Shown: positions 1 to 14,282, counted from the first letter of the stretch. The stretch is DNA of 64,000 nucleotides from Azolla caroliniana (GCA_043228905.1 JBHGNT010000001.1:6882001-6946000), one strand, 5' to 3'. Numbers and translations: made by a program. Notes: generated by a model not told the origin, from the letters alone.

Positions 1-720
1 AAGGAGAGTTTGGCCCTTCTGCCTAGAAAATAAATCTACCAGTACACTAGGGAATGGGGAGGATTCAAGAACTCACCACTTATTGGTATGGAATGGCTTA
101 TACCGAGTCCCTTGATGACATAGTATTATTAGATTCTCGTGCCTCATCTTGTTTTGAGGAATGATTCCTTATATCTAACAGGCGAGGAAGGTGAAAATAC
201 CATGGCACATATGAAAGACCAAAAATTGACTATTGATATACTAATGGACAGAAGAAATAACAAAACATGGACTACCACATGACTCTCGGATAGAAGAAAG
301 ACCAAAAGGTTTAGTCAGTGATAATCTATACCCGCTAAAGCCATCATATTAGGAAGTATTTTGCGATCTTTTAAGTGGGTTTTTATTGATGATGATAAAG
401 CTATACTCACACCACCATATCAAGTCATGTTTGACTATCTTAGGTATTGGGGGATGTGATTTAATTGGACCATGAGAAATGGATTCTTGTTTGATGGATT
501 TCGTGGGGTAACACAACAACTCCGTAGGATAAAAGGGAAGTTGATTAAGCAATTTTCGCATCCATGTTGGATGGGGACATTGTCCCAAGATGAGGTAGAG
601 TTATGTCATCTAGTATTACAACAACACTTGAGAGGGTTTACCTTGCCATATTGGTACGAATGAATTAGTGGAGATAGCAATGGTTGTATTATGATCTTGT
701 TTGAATAACAACCATACATT
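1..720 (+). mobile_element. Highly decayed Ty3/Gypsy-like pol fragments
   Basis: Short protease-like peptides (LIGMEWL at ~79-99; LLDSRASSCF at ~126-155) and an integrase-like 'caccatatcaagtcatgttt' (PYQVMF). No intact ORF. Confidence 0.3.
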
Positions 721-1814
721 TACGGACAAAAAAACTGAAAAATTCTTTTATAGAAGAAAACCAAAAGGGGACAAATGTATGAACATTGGTATTATCAGAA
801 AGTTCCAAACCTCATGTCGGATGATCTCGTGGTTGATATCATGCCTTTTTTGAACCTCAAGGATATAACAAAGGTATAGAGCAAAATCCTCAGCGAATTC
901 TCTCCTCGGGTTTATGTTATGCCCTCAAATGCCCTAAGTTTATGTTATTATCCTAATGTCTTCCATATATTAAAGCAAAGGAAGGGTAGGCGAGAAAACC
1001 TCAGAGATATATATCCTCACTGAGGTATTTACTATTTATTCCCACAAAAGCCTCAAAAAAGTTCTCATTATGCTTCATGATGCCGTTGAGGGGTCAAACC
1101 AGAGAATGGACAGGGGGGAAACCTTGAGAAAGACCCTCCTGGGGGTCTTGGTGGATTGCACATGCACCGAGGTTTTTCATTATATCTATGGATGAAAGCC
1201 ACTATTGCGCCCTCGCGGATTTGTGTCTACTCGGGCTTTTCATTATTTCTCCGAATGCCATCTATGCCGGCCGTGAGGAACCCATCAAGCGTGTTTGTTT
1301 GAGTCCTTCCAAGGGGGGTAGGGGTTAGGGAGAGGGGGGGGGGCATTTTGGGGAAATAAATAAAAGACATACCACAGGGGCATCTCTGGGAAATACAGAA
1401 AACCGCAGGTATGAAAGGAAAAACAAATATGTAGTTACTGTGTCAAGCCAAGCTAAGCTAAGCTAAGCCCTAAGAAACCAAAAGAAAACCCTAATTTCTC
1501 CACCGTCTGGCTTTTTCTTCGAATCCTTCAATGCAGCTGAGGTTTAAGGCTATGGATTCCTCTTAAAACCGAGAGTGTTCAAAATAATAATAAAAACCCT
1601 GCGTCGAACCCTAATTTTTGGATCCTCTTCTTCAGCAAGACACACTCACTGCATTTCATCTTCGAGGAAATCAAAGTTTAGGGCCTTCTTCTTCTTCTTC
1701 TTCTTCTTCTTCGAAGAGAAACCTGTGGTTTTTGCCCTAAAAAAAGACGCTAGATTTAAAGTCTCTTTCTGTTCTTCAACAAATTAAAACCCTCTCACTT
1801 TCAAAGCTTTTACT

Positions 1815-2270
1815 ATGGCTGCTTCCTCTGGAGCTTCTCGACTCTTCTCAATGATTAGAAACCATCGTTTTTTGGCGTCTTCTTCTCTTTCTTCTAGATC
1901 TTCTCAGCTCTTCTCAGTGATCAGAAACCATCCTTTCATGGTTTCTTGTTCGTTCTTCTTCTTTACGCTCTTCATATTTCCTTCTACTTCTCGCATCCTT
2001 CTCTTCTTCTCTCCTCTTCTTCTTTCCACATTTCTGTGTGCCATCATTGTTCTCTCTTTCCTTCCCCATTCAGGTGGAATGGAGCCTTTCGTGGATTCAG
2101 ATCAGGATGCGTATTCTTCTTCTTATTCTTCTTCATTAACTATTGCAGAAATGAAGCTTGGGAATGGAACTATTGAAGAGATCTTCTTCTCAAGTCAAGA
2201 GGATTTCGTCAACACAGAAACGTTTTCTTCGTCTTCTTCTTGTTTTTTAGAAACTGATCAGAACTACTGA
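1815..2270 (+). CDS. Small intronless membrane protein (151 aa) resembling the conserved N-terminal hydrophobic segment of the uncharacterised plant At5g17910/At2g29620/At1g07330-type family
   Basis: IRNHPF...FFSPLLLSTFLCAIIVLSF hydrophobic block followed by an acidic/Ser tail. Several AAACCCT(A) telo-box-like motifs lie upstream (1487-1795). Family match is from memory. Confidence 0.55.
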   Translation: MAASSGASRLFSMIRNHRFLASSSLSSRSSQLFSVIRNHPFMVSCSFFFFTLFIFPSTSRILLFFSPLLLSTFLCAIIVLSFLPHSGGMEPFVDSDQDAYSSSYSSSLTIAEMKLGNGTIEEIFFSSQEDFVNTETFSSSSSCFLETDQNY

Positions 2271-3393
2271 AATTTTGATGCAGAGAATGCTACGAAGAAT
2301 AATTAAGAGATGAGAAGAGTTGTACCCATTCTACATGAATAAAATTGTTCTAACCATTTTGATTCTACTAGAAAAGCTTTTTTCATGCCGTTGCTGATTA
2401 ATCTCAACAAACAGGTCACTATACTAGCCATGAAGATGAACCCAATGGTCATAGCACCATGCATGGTGATTGTAAAATGCTGTTAATACCAAATACGTGG
2501 CGGATAGTATGCCTTAAAAGAAACTTCTTGCTAAATGAAATATTGAGTTCAGTTCATATCTAAATATACTTGCAATTTACGCATATGCTTTTATATGGTG
2601 AAAAGAGGTGATGCTTCATTACTACAGAGTTTTTGTTGTCCTCAACGTAGCTCGTTTAATTGTTTGCTTTTGTATCTAATGATGATTAAATAAGATAAAT
2701 GCTGTAGCAAGGTGGGTGTTTGGGAAAGAAAAACTCTGTTGAGCCCAAATATACTGAATTCAACTCCGTTTTTTGTTGTGTTCTTGACCTTCACCTTCCT
2801 GGGCCATATATCCACATTAACTCATGTATGTAAACTTTGCGTTTATATAATGGAGAGATTTGATAGATTCTAAATCCTAACCTCAATGACTGGGTAAAGG
2901 CAGTCAGATTCTTTGCTGTACTAAAATTATCAGTATATTTTGATCAGTTGATTTGTGATTGTGGTGAGGACTCATAGCTTGGGGCACAACGCATGTACCA
3001 TCAACGCTACGTTATTTTGCTGAACAGTTACCAAGCTCAATAATGTTGTCAATGTTGTTTTGCAAACACTTGAAAACTGAATTCATTTGATATATTTTCC
3101 AATTCCCATTCAATAATCAAGCTATTTTAACTTATGATGAGGCACTGTATTCAAATTTGATTTTTTCATCAGAAGTTGAGCTAACTTAGCTTACAGAAAG
3201 AAGTATTTCTTACCTTTACCTTTCCCGCATTGCCATTACAGAACTTATGAATGAAATATGCAGATAGGACCCGTTCTATATATTGCTTGTTCAGAGCATA
3301 TATGCGTTGAGATCAAAGTCGGTTCTCAAAGACATGATTGACCTCATCCCTCAATCTTTGATATAGAACTTCAAGAACAAAATTAACAGCATA

Positions 3394-6300
3394 TCATAGT
3401 TTGGCATTTGAAGCCAAGAGAGACTGAATCTTCTCAGAGGCTGCTAGGCCACTTAATATAGCACATTCTACATTTGGGCCTAAACAAAAATCCCCACAAA
3501 CTGCAATACACATATCCTCATCCACCAAACATCTTTCTTCCATTGCAATGTATTCTTTTGGGAAGGCACTACCCCTACAAACAAACATTAAAACGTTTAG
3601 TAGAAAATATAGAAATAGAAGATAGATGGGATGTTGTCAAGCGTGAAAACACCAAGATTCCATTTAGAAAACCCATTTTACATTTTCTTGTCAGCAAATA
3701 AAGATCATAAGCAGTATAAATACATAAAAAATAATTCTTAAAGCAGTCATACCATCGGTGAGCTTTAGCAAAGATGGGGAGAGGCATGTCTCCAATAACC
3801 TTGAAATGCTCGAAGCACGAGTTTGCAATGCTCACCAAAAGATCATCAGAAAGTTTGCCCAAACCTGTTCTATCGATAATATCTTGGGCATATTCTGCTG
3901 TTGATTGAAGAACCCAACATTCCCTGGAAAATAGAAAACAGTCACCTATCAAATCAAACAGCACATACAAGAGATTAGTCAACTTGATACTCGTATTATA
4001 TTTCCAAAAGCACATTTTCAGTACTGCCTATTTTTTAGAGGCATACTTCGAGCAAAGCCATTGTTCTGAGAAGCCTAGTCTGAAAAGTTATTGCAAAACC
4101 TCTATATTTTTCGTTCTCTTATGGTTTTTTCCCAATAATGTTAATTCATCACTACATTTGCAAATAACAGGACATGCCTCATAATATTTCCTCATTAATT
4201 AAGATGACTATTCCCTTGTGTAGGGAGGAATTAATACCCAGCTGAGAGCTCGTCTCGACCAGGTTTGCTAGAATCACGGGATGCCCAAGCTAGCACTTTA
4301 GATCCAGATATTGCAAATCCATCATAAGGTATCTGTTCAAAAACTAAGATTCCCTCAATGTACAAACACATGTAAACGTTACATAACAATCACATGAACC
4401 TATCTACATCTCTCACAATATACAAACTCATAACAATCACATATACAAAGCTATACACAAAACAATCACATTATAAACTAATCATTTTTTATTACATAAC
4501 AGTTTTTGTTTACCGAAGTCAGACGCTCTGGAAATGCTAGCATGATAGCAAAGCTGGAGGAGGAAGTCACACCAGCTACTTTTTCCATCAAACTTGGTAC
4601 TCGAGCTCCAGTTACAACCCACATTATTTCAAAATTTTATCAATAAACCTTCCCATGTATAAATTACTATATGTGCATGTATTTGTTCAGATGAGAGATT
4701 ATGAACAAAACTTCAACAAAATGCAAAGCATAAGTACACAAAAAGGAGCATATATAATAATATATGCTTTCTTTTTCATGTTTATTAATCCAACGAAGAT
4801 GAATATATTATTGACCACTACTGTTAATATTTCATCATGATCATTTCTTGTTTTGTTTTTTGTGGTTTGAAACTTTATCTCATACCAAGGGTTCATCATC
4901 ATGAAGAACATTATGAATGTATTACAAACGAGAAGAAGAAGAACAGACAGAAGCAATACACAAAGGTGGAGGTACTTTATTCTGGATGAAGAAGCGTGAA
5001 GATGCCATGTTCTTGTCAGTTGCGATGACTGCTTCAAATTTTCCTAGCTCTTGCCCATCCTTACCAGACAGAATCCACTTTCTATGCTCTTTTTCCCATT
5101 CCATGTTCATAACCGTGACCCCAAACCTCGATTGAACTCCTAATTTTTCAACATTCCCAATGGATCATCAACGACTAAACTTGATAGATTAACAAGGGAA
5201 ACATGGGGTTGAACTAAATACATAGATTTCTTTACAATCCATGATTGCATGCTCATTTATAAGGAATTCTTGGTCTTCAATGAATCATGGATTGATTTCC
5301 ACATAATCACTTTCATGAAGGAATATCATGAAGTAAGATTATGATCCTATGATGGTAGTTTTCAAGACTAAAATCTCTGGCTTCAAGGAAAACATGTCTG
5401 TTATCAATCATCCTTCTCCATTAATATAAGAATAAAAAACATGTATCATGGTATTCTACCTTCTAAAATACTAAATACACTAGCATGATTATCGCATAAA
5501 ATTTATAATATCGTAAGCTATTATATCTCTCCATAATCATTGTGACTCTTCCATCATAATAGAACTGTATTATATCATGGCAGGTAATGGTATCACTTTT
5601 AGAAATGAATCCTTCCATAGCAAGACATTGGGGGTGGCATGCCAATATATTTGGCTTTGCTCCATTATTAGGTATTTTCTATCCCAAACTTCTCAAAGAG
5701 TATTGATTATTATAATCTCTTTCTAGATAAGCTACTAACATCATCTTCATACCTGGTTGTCGTGATAATGCTTGACAAATTGCATTCATACCCGGAATGC
5801 CGACATATCGCTTTTTCATTACACCCTGTTAAGCACGGCAAACAAGTATCAGTCCAAAGATGTAAAGAAAACTTATGTAAATTTCTTTTAATAACAGACA
5901 TGAGTGAAGATACACACAGAATCTTCGACAAATATTTTCGAACTTGTATCATATGTACCAAATTTTCCTTTCCATTCCGCAATTATCCCCATACCCTCCC
6001 AGTTTTCAACTAGCCTTTGCACATTTGTATCTTTAATCGTAATATATTGTGTTCCATGATCAAAGTAATACATTTTTCCATCACCGCTTCTTTCTCTGTG
6101 TCATATCATTAAACAATATCATGAAAAATACACCCAAATTTCCAAAAAATGCATCATATTATCATTGGGAAAAATATCAGTTAAAGTTAGAGCTTTTTAT
6201 GAAATATATTAGATTTGTCAGCCATGTAACCAAGCCATTAATCCAGGTCTGAATTTAATAGAATTTTCCCACTTGAAATTAGGTTTGGAAATGCCAATGC

Positions 6301-7823
6301 TGACATGTATTTTAGGTCACATACATGTTTCGATATTTAGATGGGAAGTCAAGCTTTGTAATCAATTTACCAAGCCAAATTGTAAGTTGAAGCTGTATGA
6401 AGCTGTGTAAAGCAGTTATCATTCAATGTCTAAATAAATTATCAGCCACTGAAAATGATTGCGTGGCAAGACTATTTGTGACACATCAACCATTAAAAAT
6501 GCTGATTGAGCAGGTAAACTTGAAAAATAAGTTTCTTTGAGTAATTTCCATAAAATTGGACATCATCTGTCCATTTCTTTCTCTTCGAAAAAGAAACATT
6601 TTGTGTCAAGAACAGATAGCAATTCATAGGCACAAAAATGTATGGAAGGATAACGCAAAAGGCACAACAATTTAAAAATAACGACAGGAAGGATGCACAC
6701 TATAGGATAATGGCAGAAAGAAGCATGACAAACATAGATTAATAGAAGAAAAATGCATAACAATTATGAAAATTTACAGAAAATGATACTAATAAACAAA
6801 ACAAGAAAAAATATCTCATATATGAGAAGGCTTTCTAATGGAGTTTAAAAATAATATGTGAATAGTAATCATAGACTTAAACTTCCTTGAGACAATTCCT
6901 TTTTCATATCTCAAGTTTTTTCACGGATTCAACAAAAACAAATGTGAAGAATATCCATAGACTTAACCTTCATTGAGATTTTCTTTTTCATATCTAGAAT
7001 GGGGTTTTTCATGGACTCAAAAAAGAAAATGGGAACAATAGAATTCACTTTCTTTTTGAAATTTTTTGTATATATATTTTCATGTATCAAGAAAAGAATA
7101 TATGACTTTTTTCCATATCTAAAATAGGTATTTTCATGGATTCAAAAAAGGAAATGTGAGATAATATGCATAGACTTAACCTTCTTTGAGACATTCTTCC
7201 GCCAGCACCCCGGCCTGAATCAAAAACCATAACAGAGACTCCTTGTTCAGCTAACCGAGACGCGCACACAAGCCCAGAAACTTCGAAAATAGAAAGAAAA
7301 TGATATCAGATAGATCAAACTGCCAAAATTTCATTGAAAATTCAATATAAAATGGCATCAGAAAGTTCAAAACTCGTAATACCATAGAAAATGAAAAACA
7401 TAAACCTGTGTCAATTGCAAAATCAAAAGGGTAATATAGACATGAAAGCTCATATAATGTCATTCAAAATACAGAATGAAAATGAGCACCAGAGAAATCA
7501 AATATCTAGTAATGTTACAGGAAATGGTAGATTGATAATAATAATAATAATAATAATACAAAAGGAATATGATACCAGGAAGATCAATACTTTACATCAT
7601 GCCGCAGAAATTTAAAAAAAGAAGAAGCAATGGAATGAGAGAAATTCTCTATTTCAGATCAAATATACGAGAGAGAAAAAAAGATATCTCTGTTACGAAT
7701 TACATAAGAAAAAAAAAGTAGAGATCTTTCTGTCAGGATGATTTGATGAGAGAAAATAGACCTACCTCCTGCGCCCACAATTGCGATCATTTTCTCGGCA
7801 GCAACAGTTGTTGAGGAAGCCAT
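3394..7823 (-). CDS. Renalase-like FAD/NAD(P)-dependent oxidoreductase, 9 exons (approx. 7823-7766, 7280-7181, 6095-5918, 5825-5753, 5139-~4950, ~4590-4513, ~4333-4237, ~3925-3754, ~3575-3394)
   Basis: Spliced peptide has the Rossmann motif IAIVGAGVSGL, then VFDSGRGAGGRMSQRR, FDHGTQY, YVGIPGMNAIC, WVLQST.EYA, AKAHRWGSAFP and CGDFCLGPNVECAILSG. Exons 1-5 splice in frame with GT-AG boundaries. Confidence 0.9.
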
Positions 7824-7980
7824 TCTATTTCTTTCCTCTTTGATGAAGACGGGATGATAAAAGAAGAGAGCTGAAGGCGAAGGAAGAAGAAGGGGGGGGG
7901 GGGGGTACCTCAATTTATTTTTAATTCTCAGGGATGCCCCTCAGATTTCATAAGGTGCTTCCCTCTTCTCCAAAGGGATG

Positions 7981-8250
7981 ACGATCGGCAATGAAATGGA
8001 ATGACTGAACTCCATCGCCAAAAGAAGCGGGTTATTGTCTTGAGGCCTTTGGGGATGACTCTCCGATGCATAGGGTCATAATGCCCAAAGATATTCAAAG
8101 TTTTCATAAACCATAATGAACTGTCATTACGATCAGCGATCCAATGGGAAGACTTGACTACATGGCGAAAAGAAGTTGGTTATTGTCTTGAGGTCTAGGA
8201 GATGACTCTTCAATGGATTGGGTCATAATGTCCAAAGAGATTCGAAGTTT
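7981..8250. repeat. Degenerate two-copy tandem duplication (~148-bp period) upstream of the oxidoreductase
   Basis: acgatc...aaaagaag.ggttattgtcttgagg...gatgactct...gggtcataatg.ccaaaga.attc.aagttt occurs at 7981 and 8129. Confidence 0.75.
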
Positions 8251-9572
8251 GTTTGGTGCTTGAGCTACATGCCCTTGGAATGGAACTCCTTCTAGCACAA
8301 CCCCATATAAGGTGATGGACTTGGGATACTAGATTTTCCACGGCATCATCATACCCTCCATGTTACTTTATTGCACTTTTTCTTTTGGGTCTTGATGAAG
8401 TACATATGCCCAATGGATTGTCGAATTTGTATCATTAATATAATGCATTCAACAAATACGTTTGTGAATCACGTATGTATGTTGTTAAGGTTTGGATTTA
8501 ATTGTGCTCTGTATCTAAAACCTTCTCCTAGTTATAGTTTCATCATCGACACTATCAAGATTTAGTCTTGGACTCTTGAGTGTCTAATTACATATTTTAG
8601 ATATGGCCAATTACATATATGAGATTTCAAACCATCAAGGACCAGTTGGCCATGATTGATTGGTCGAATAAGTTGCTTAGGTCAGAACAGGGAGAAGAGA
8701 AAATGGGATTTGGAACCTCGACTGTTGCTCTTTGAGATCATTATTCTGGGAACAAAACCACATTCCCAAACTAAATAGTTATTTCCTTAGACAACTACGA
8801 ACATGGGGTCTTGATCCACCTTTAGGGGAAGTGACCTCAAACCACCATGCGAAATCATCTAAAGCCTAAAATCATTTTTGCGTTGCCATAAAATGTGAAC
8901 CAACAACAATGGCTTTGGGCAAAATAAGAATTTGTTATAAAAAAAGGACCCATACTTGCTTTTGAAGTGGACCAACTACCAACATGGCTTGTTGATGGCT
9001 TTTAAAGAACCTTTGAATGTTAATTAAAAGAAAATCATATGAAGCATATAAAACAATTAATATACTCTATGGATGTATTCTATGTATATTAACCTATTGA
9101 AGCAACACATTGGGCGACAAGCAAAAAATTCTAGAGACATGGTCAAATACGGGTGTTGTTAGATCATCTCTCGCTCTAGTGAATGATGGATATCACTTAC
9201 TTATTGCATGCTCAACAAGAAGTATGATGACTTATTACACGGGCATGATGATTTAAGTATCATTCTCATATCACCACCAATAAGGGGGGACCACAGGTTT
9301 ATGTGCTTGCATTATTTACATATAAAGTGTTTTTATTACATGGTGGTTACCCCCTTCTTTGGAAGGAATCACATCCTTTATATGTTTATTTGGGTCCATT
9401 GGTCAAATTTGGCCTCCTTATGGATTCTCAAAATGTATTCTATTATGGTGAAAAACATTATTACTAAAAATGCTATTGCACAAGATTTAGTGTCCCTGGC
9501 TACATCAATAGCGGGCACAGGGTACACATCAAAATGCCAACATGCATGAAGAATACCCCACCAAGGAGAGAG

Positions 9573-10038
9573 TTGACATACTAATACTCACTCTAACTTC
9601 CACATATATGCCTTAACTCCACATCTATCATCAAACATCAAAGCATTTCGATAAATATAATCCCAAATTCAATGAGCAATTAGACATTATATGACAGACA
9701 AGGACTATCTTTCAACAAACAAAGTTTGCTCCAATAAACAAAATTGACATACTAATACTCGCTCTAACTTCCAATAGATATGCCTTAACTCCACCTCTAT
9801 CATCAAACATTAGAGCATTTCGATAAATATAATCCCAAATTCAATGAGCAATTAGACATTATATGAAAGGACAAGGACTGTCTTTCAATAAACAAATTTG
9901 ACATACTAATACTCGCTCTAACTTCCATAGTTATGCCTTAACTCCACATCTATCATCAAACATCCGAGCATTTCGATAAATATAATCCCAAATTCAATGA
10001 GCAATAAGACATTATATGAAAGGACAAGGACTATCTTT
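9573..10038. repeat. Three-copy tandem repeat, unit ~155-170 bp
   Basis: Units start with ttgacatactaatactc at 9573, 9744 and 9898 and are near-identical through ggacaaggact. Confidence 0.9.
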
Positions 10039-13000
10039 TAATTAAATCATGAAAAAAAAAAAACTTGTTTGTTCATGCAGAGTTCATCGTAACAGTATGC
10101 CTAAAACAAGGGGGGGAGATTTTCTATATTTAGAACCCTAAAACAAAACCATGGCCTTTTATGTAAAAAGGAGAGCTTCAAAAATAAATATTACTTTAAA
10201 GATACACTCATCTTTCATATGCCCCACCTTTCTCCTAGGTTCAATACTTGGATGCCCATACATTAAGCCCTATGGCTTTGTACCACTGCATGATTGTCAT
10301 GTTTGGACAACCTTAATCCTCGTAAAGGGTTGTCATACTATAATTGGTTATTACCTATATGACTTTGGATATTTGGCACCAAGCTCAGGAGTTTATGGTT
10401 TAATTGATCATAAGCGGAAGAGTGTTGATCCTTAAGCCAACTCGATCCAATTGCTTCACAATTCGGTTCTTTTGAACACAAATATAATGTTTGGCCCATT
10501 GGTTTGGGTTTCGTGATCCATAAACTCGAAAACTAATATATTGGGCACATTTTCAAAGGTTTAGCCCATTCATACTTCAATTAGTCATAAATATGGTATG
10601 GACATAACCTTATGTATTAATTGCCCAGGTATTTCGTACTTGGAGAAGAATGATTCGAATAGACATGGATTGGTTCTATATTTGGCGTGTACATAATCTA
10701 ATGTGTTTGTTCTCTAGATCTTTCATTGTTGGAGAAGTATGATTTTGATATATGCCGTGTTTATGTTCTTCACCTAGTTAAATACCATGGATTCCTTTGT
10801 GCAATTACTTCTTAGTTCTTGCATAATATTTAGCCAAAGTGGCCAATGAAAGTATGGATTGAAATAAAACAATATTCTTGTCTATTGCGCTAAAAGAGTG
10901 ACTATGATCCATCAATCACTATCATTATAGACAATCATAATAGCATTACGAGGGGGGGGGGGAGGGGAGAAGGACATGACATTCTAATATGGATACATAC
11001 CTATCATTTCTGTTGAATACCAAGCATGCTATTTTCTCGTTTTATCGTTTACTCAAATTGCACAAGTATGGTGTAAAATGACCTAGGATTTATTGATATG
11101 TGTAGGGATAGCTACCTTATTTTGTAGTGGTTGATAATAGTTTACTTTACTCTATTACCTTGCCTCGTAATAAGAGAGCTTTCAAGAAGAGTATGGGACT
11201 AACCTCATCACATCAAAGTTATGATCATATCGTGTAACTCTTGTCTAATGTGGGACATCAAATTTCAAAGTTTGTGCATTGCACCATGTTTGTATGTTAA
11301 GAGACTCTAAAATCAAGGCTTTTTTCTCTTAGAAATATTGAGATCATACACATTAGTTTGGTTGTTAGTTACATGGTTAGATGTCAAATATGGCAATTGT
11401 GCACATTCATTAGTATTTTAATTATGTGTATGGTTAGACTGTCTCATTGACAAGTTGCTATAACTAGAAAAATTACATTCAAATATAACTTCTAAACATG
11501 AAAGAATATTTGAGCCACACAATCTAATTTCCATTATGATTATTCCATTTATCCCTTTGTATGTTAGAACTACAAGCGGATCTTGATGAAGGCAAGTTCA
11601 AACTGAGAAACTAATAAAAGAAAGGATGTTTTACAAAATTTATGGTATACAAACTAGTGCTTATGTGAATTCTTTCAATGGACTTTGCCCGATTGATGCA
11701 ACTAACACATAATATCATCATGTTACTTTCAATTCAAAAATATTTTTTGGCATTCATTGATGTTGGATGTTTTTGCTTCTTGAATGATTGAATAACTCCT
11801 TGTAAGATGAAGGCATAAAACAAATGAGTATGAAGATATGTAAATTGTAGGGGTATAGGATGCAAGAATCACATGCAATCATAATGAAAAGGAGCACAAA
11901 GACATGATGAAGTAATTACTTGAAGCTATCACTGAAAAGCCTATATCCAAGTTATTACACACATGTACATACTCATGAAGGATGGAGGGTGGCTTAAAAT
12001 GCATGACTTGTATGTTATGGACATATCTTTCTACAAAATTGTGTAAATAGTCATATTATTTCAACAAATTTTTAAAAAAAGACATTGAATGGTGGAAGTG
12101 AAAATGTTCAATTGTTCCAAATAGCTCCTAGTTATCTCATTCACTAATGTTGTAAAGTTGATAATATTAACATGTAACTTCTTTATTTTCCCATTTTCAA
12201 TCAAGAAAATATATTGACGTTATCCAAGTATGTAAAGAGAGTGTAATGCCATTTAGCATATAAGAAACTTGGAAGCATTCAGCTTTGAAAGTTTGTGTGG
12301 CCATTGTGCGAGACACATAGAAAGTCACTTTTTTCAAAGTTTTTTCTTAGATTTTATGCTTGCATTGCATGTAACCCAAATGAGTGGTACGATACCAACA
12401 AAAAGTGCAAAAAAGTGAGTAGAACATTCTTATGGTTAATAGATCCTGTAAATGTATGCACGCCACAAGTGAGTTTTCATTGTTTTCGCAACCAAAAGGA
12501 AGTTTGGTGTGATGCATGTTCAATGATGTAAGATCATGGAAATCTAATGTCAATTGCATGAACTTGAAAAGGTAAATATCCTATTCATGAATAGTGAGTA
12601 TTTGAATATATCATTCAATCTAAACCGTGTTTTTCGTTGGCACATGTTTGTAACCATAATTGGGTGGGATGTGGGCGCACTTTGTATGGTAAAGGTCATA
12701 GCAAAGTATTGTTATCTATATCAGAGGCTCATCAATCTTGATGACAAGCATGATTGCAAGTGGTGGTATTACACAAGGAAGTACCAAAGGTTGTTGGCAG
12801 TTGAACTATGAGTTTGTCCTGTGAAGGGTAACACACAAGGTTTCCCCAAAACATGCTAGGCATGGATTAGGAGAACCCTGAAACTTGTTGGGCACAGTCC
12901 AATAATCCAAAACCAAGCTTTCGAATTTGGTTGCATACTCGATCCGAGGTATTCTAATGCATTGTTTGAGAATTCGCCCTGCATGCACCCACATTTGTTG

Positions 13001-13592
13001 AGCACGTTAACGAGAAGATAAACCAAATGCCCACAAAAGAAGTGTGTAACTGAATGAGAAGACACCACATGAATGAGGAACCCACCACTCCCCCCCCCCC
13101 CCCCAAAAAATAAAATAAAATCACTTGAGTGTGTGTGTGGAGGAAACAAGCCAAAAATGGAATATGAAAGAAAAAAAGTCGTGTTGCTTTCGTGCATTGT
13201 CTTTGTTTTTTTCCTCCAAAACTATAAATTTTTGTCTCTCTCTCGATACTGGTATTAGATTTTGTCTCAATTCACCAGAATTGACTTGTTCCCCCCCTCT
13301 AAATTTAGAGATCTACTTCCAAATTTAGGGATTCCTCTCTAACTATATTTGACCCCCTTACCCTCTAAATTTGGTGTTAATTGAATTCTCTCTCTATATA
13401 TATAACAATCTCTCAACACACAACTACATGCATATATAATATGTGACTGTTATGAGCCCCCAACCCTTGATCTTATTAGTCGAATTCTTAATCATGATTA
13501 GCCATCGCAATTAAGCCCAATCACAGCAAATTAGCACCCCCCACTACCCGACGCTAATCTTCTTCTCATCAGCATTAATATTAATCTCCACC

Positions 13593-14282
13593 ATGCCTAC
13601 GTTCCCTCATCAATTAAGCTCCTCTAGTGAGTCTTCTGGGAATGACAGAATCTCTAGGGGGGCTTTTGCTCCTCAGGGATTGAATCGAATTAGACGAAGA
13701 AGAAGAAGAGCCGAGGCATTCTCCGGAGAATGTGGATCTGAATCTGAAGCTTTTCATGAAGATCAGAGAAGATTGGATGAAAGAAGAACAAGAAGAAGGC
13801 CTAACAGTAACTATCAAAGATGTGAATCAGAATCAGAATCAGAATCAGAATCAGAATCAGCATCTTTGGATGGAGATCAGAGAATCTCGGATGAAAGAGG
13901 GAGATTACAGAAGAAGGGAGATTCACCCGAATCTTCAGCTTCGGTACTGGATGTGAAGATCACTGGGTTCCGAAGAATGAAACGCATCAAAAAGGCAGGG
14001 AATCCATTGAATCTTTCGATCAGCATACGCTCGGATGCCTTCATGATTAGCATAAATTACCCTACGGAATCAGCTCACCACAGAATCAATGGCGGTGGGT
14101 TAAGGAATCATGAAGAAGATCAACACAGTAACGGCGGTCATCAAAGTAGTGAGGATTGCGCTAAGGCAGCGAGTGATCAATTGACGGTGATATCAACGCC
14201 AACTGGGAAAGACTATGAGATACCAAGACCTCTGGTTTGCCCGCCTGCCCCTCGCAAGAGGAGATTCAGGAACAACACATAA
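13593..14282 (+). CDS. SMR: SIAMESE-RELATED (SMR)-like cyclin-dependent kinase inhibitor, 229 aa, intronless
   Basis: C-terminal STPTGKDYEIP (motif 1, TP...IP) and CPPAPRKRR (motif 2). TATA-like tatatatata at ~13395. A (GAATCA)n tract encodes ES repeats. Confidence 0.75.
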   Translation: MPTFPHQLSSSSESSGNDRISRGAFAPQGLNRIRRRRRRAEAFSGECGSESEAFHEDQRRLDERRTRRRPNSNYQRCESESESESESESASLDGDQRISDERGRLQKKGDSPESSASVLDVKITGFRRMKRIKKAGNPLNLSISIRSDAFMISINYPTESAHHRINGGGLRNHEEDQHSNGGHQSSEDCAKAASDQLTVISTPTGKDYEIPRPLVCPPAPRKRRFRNNT

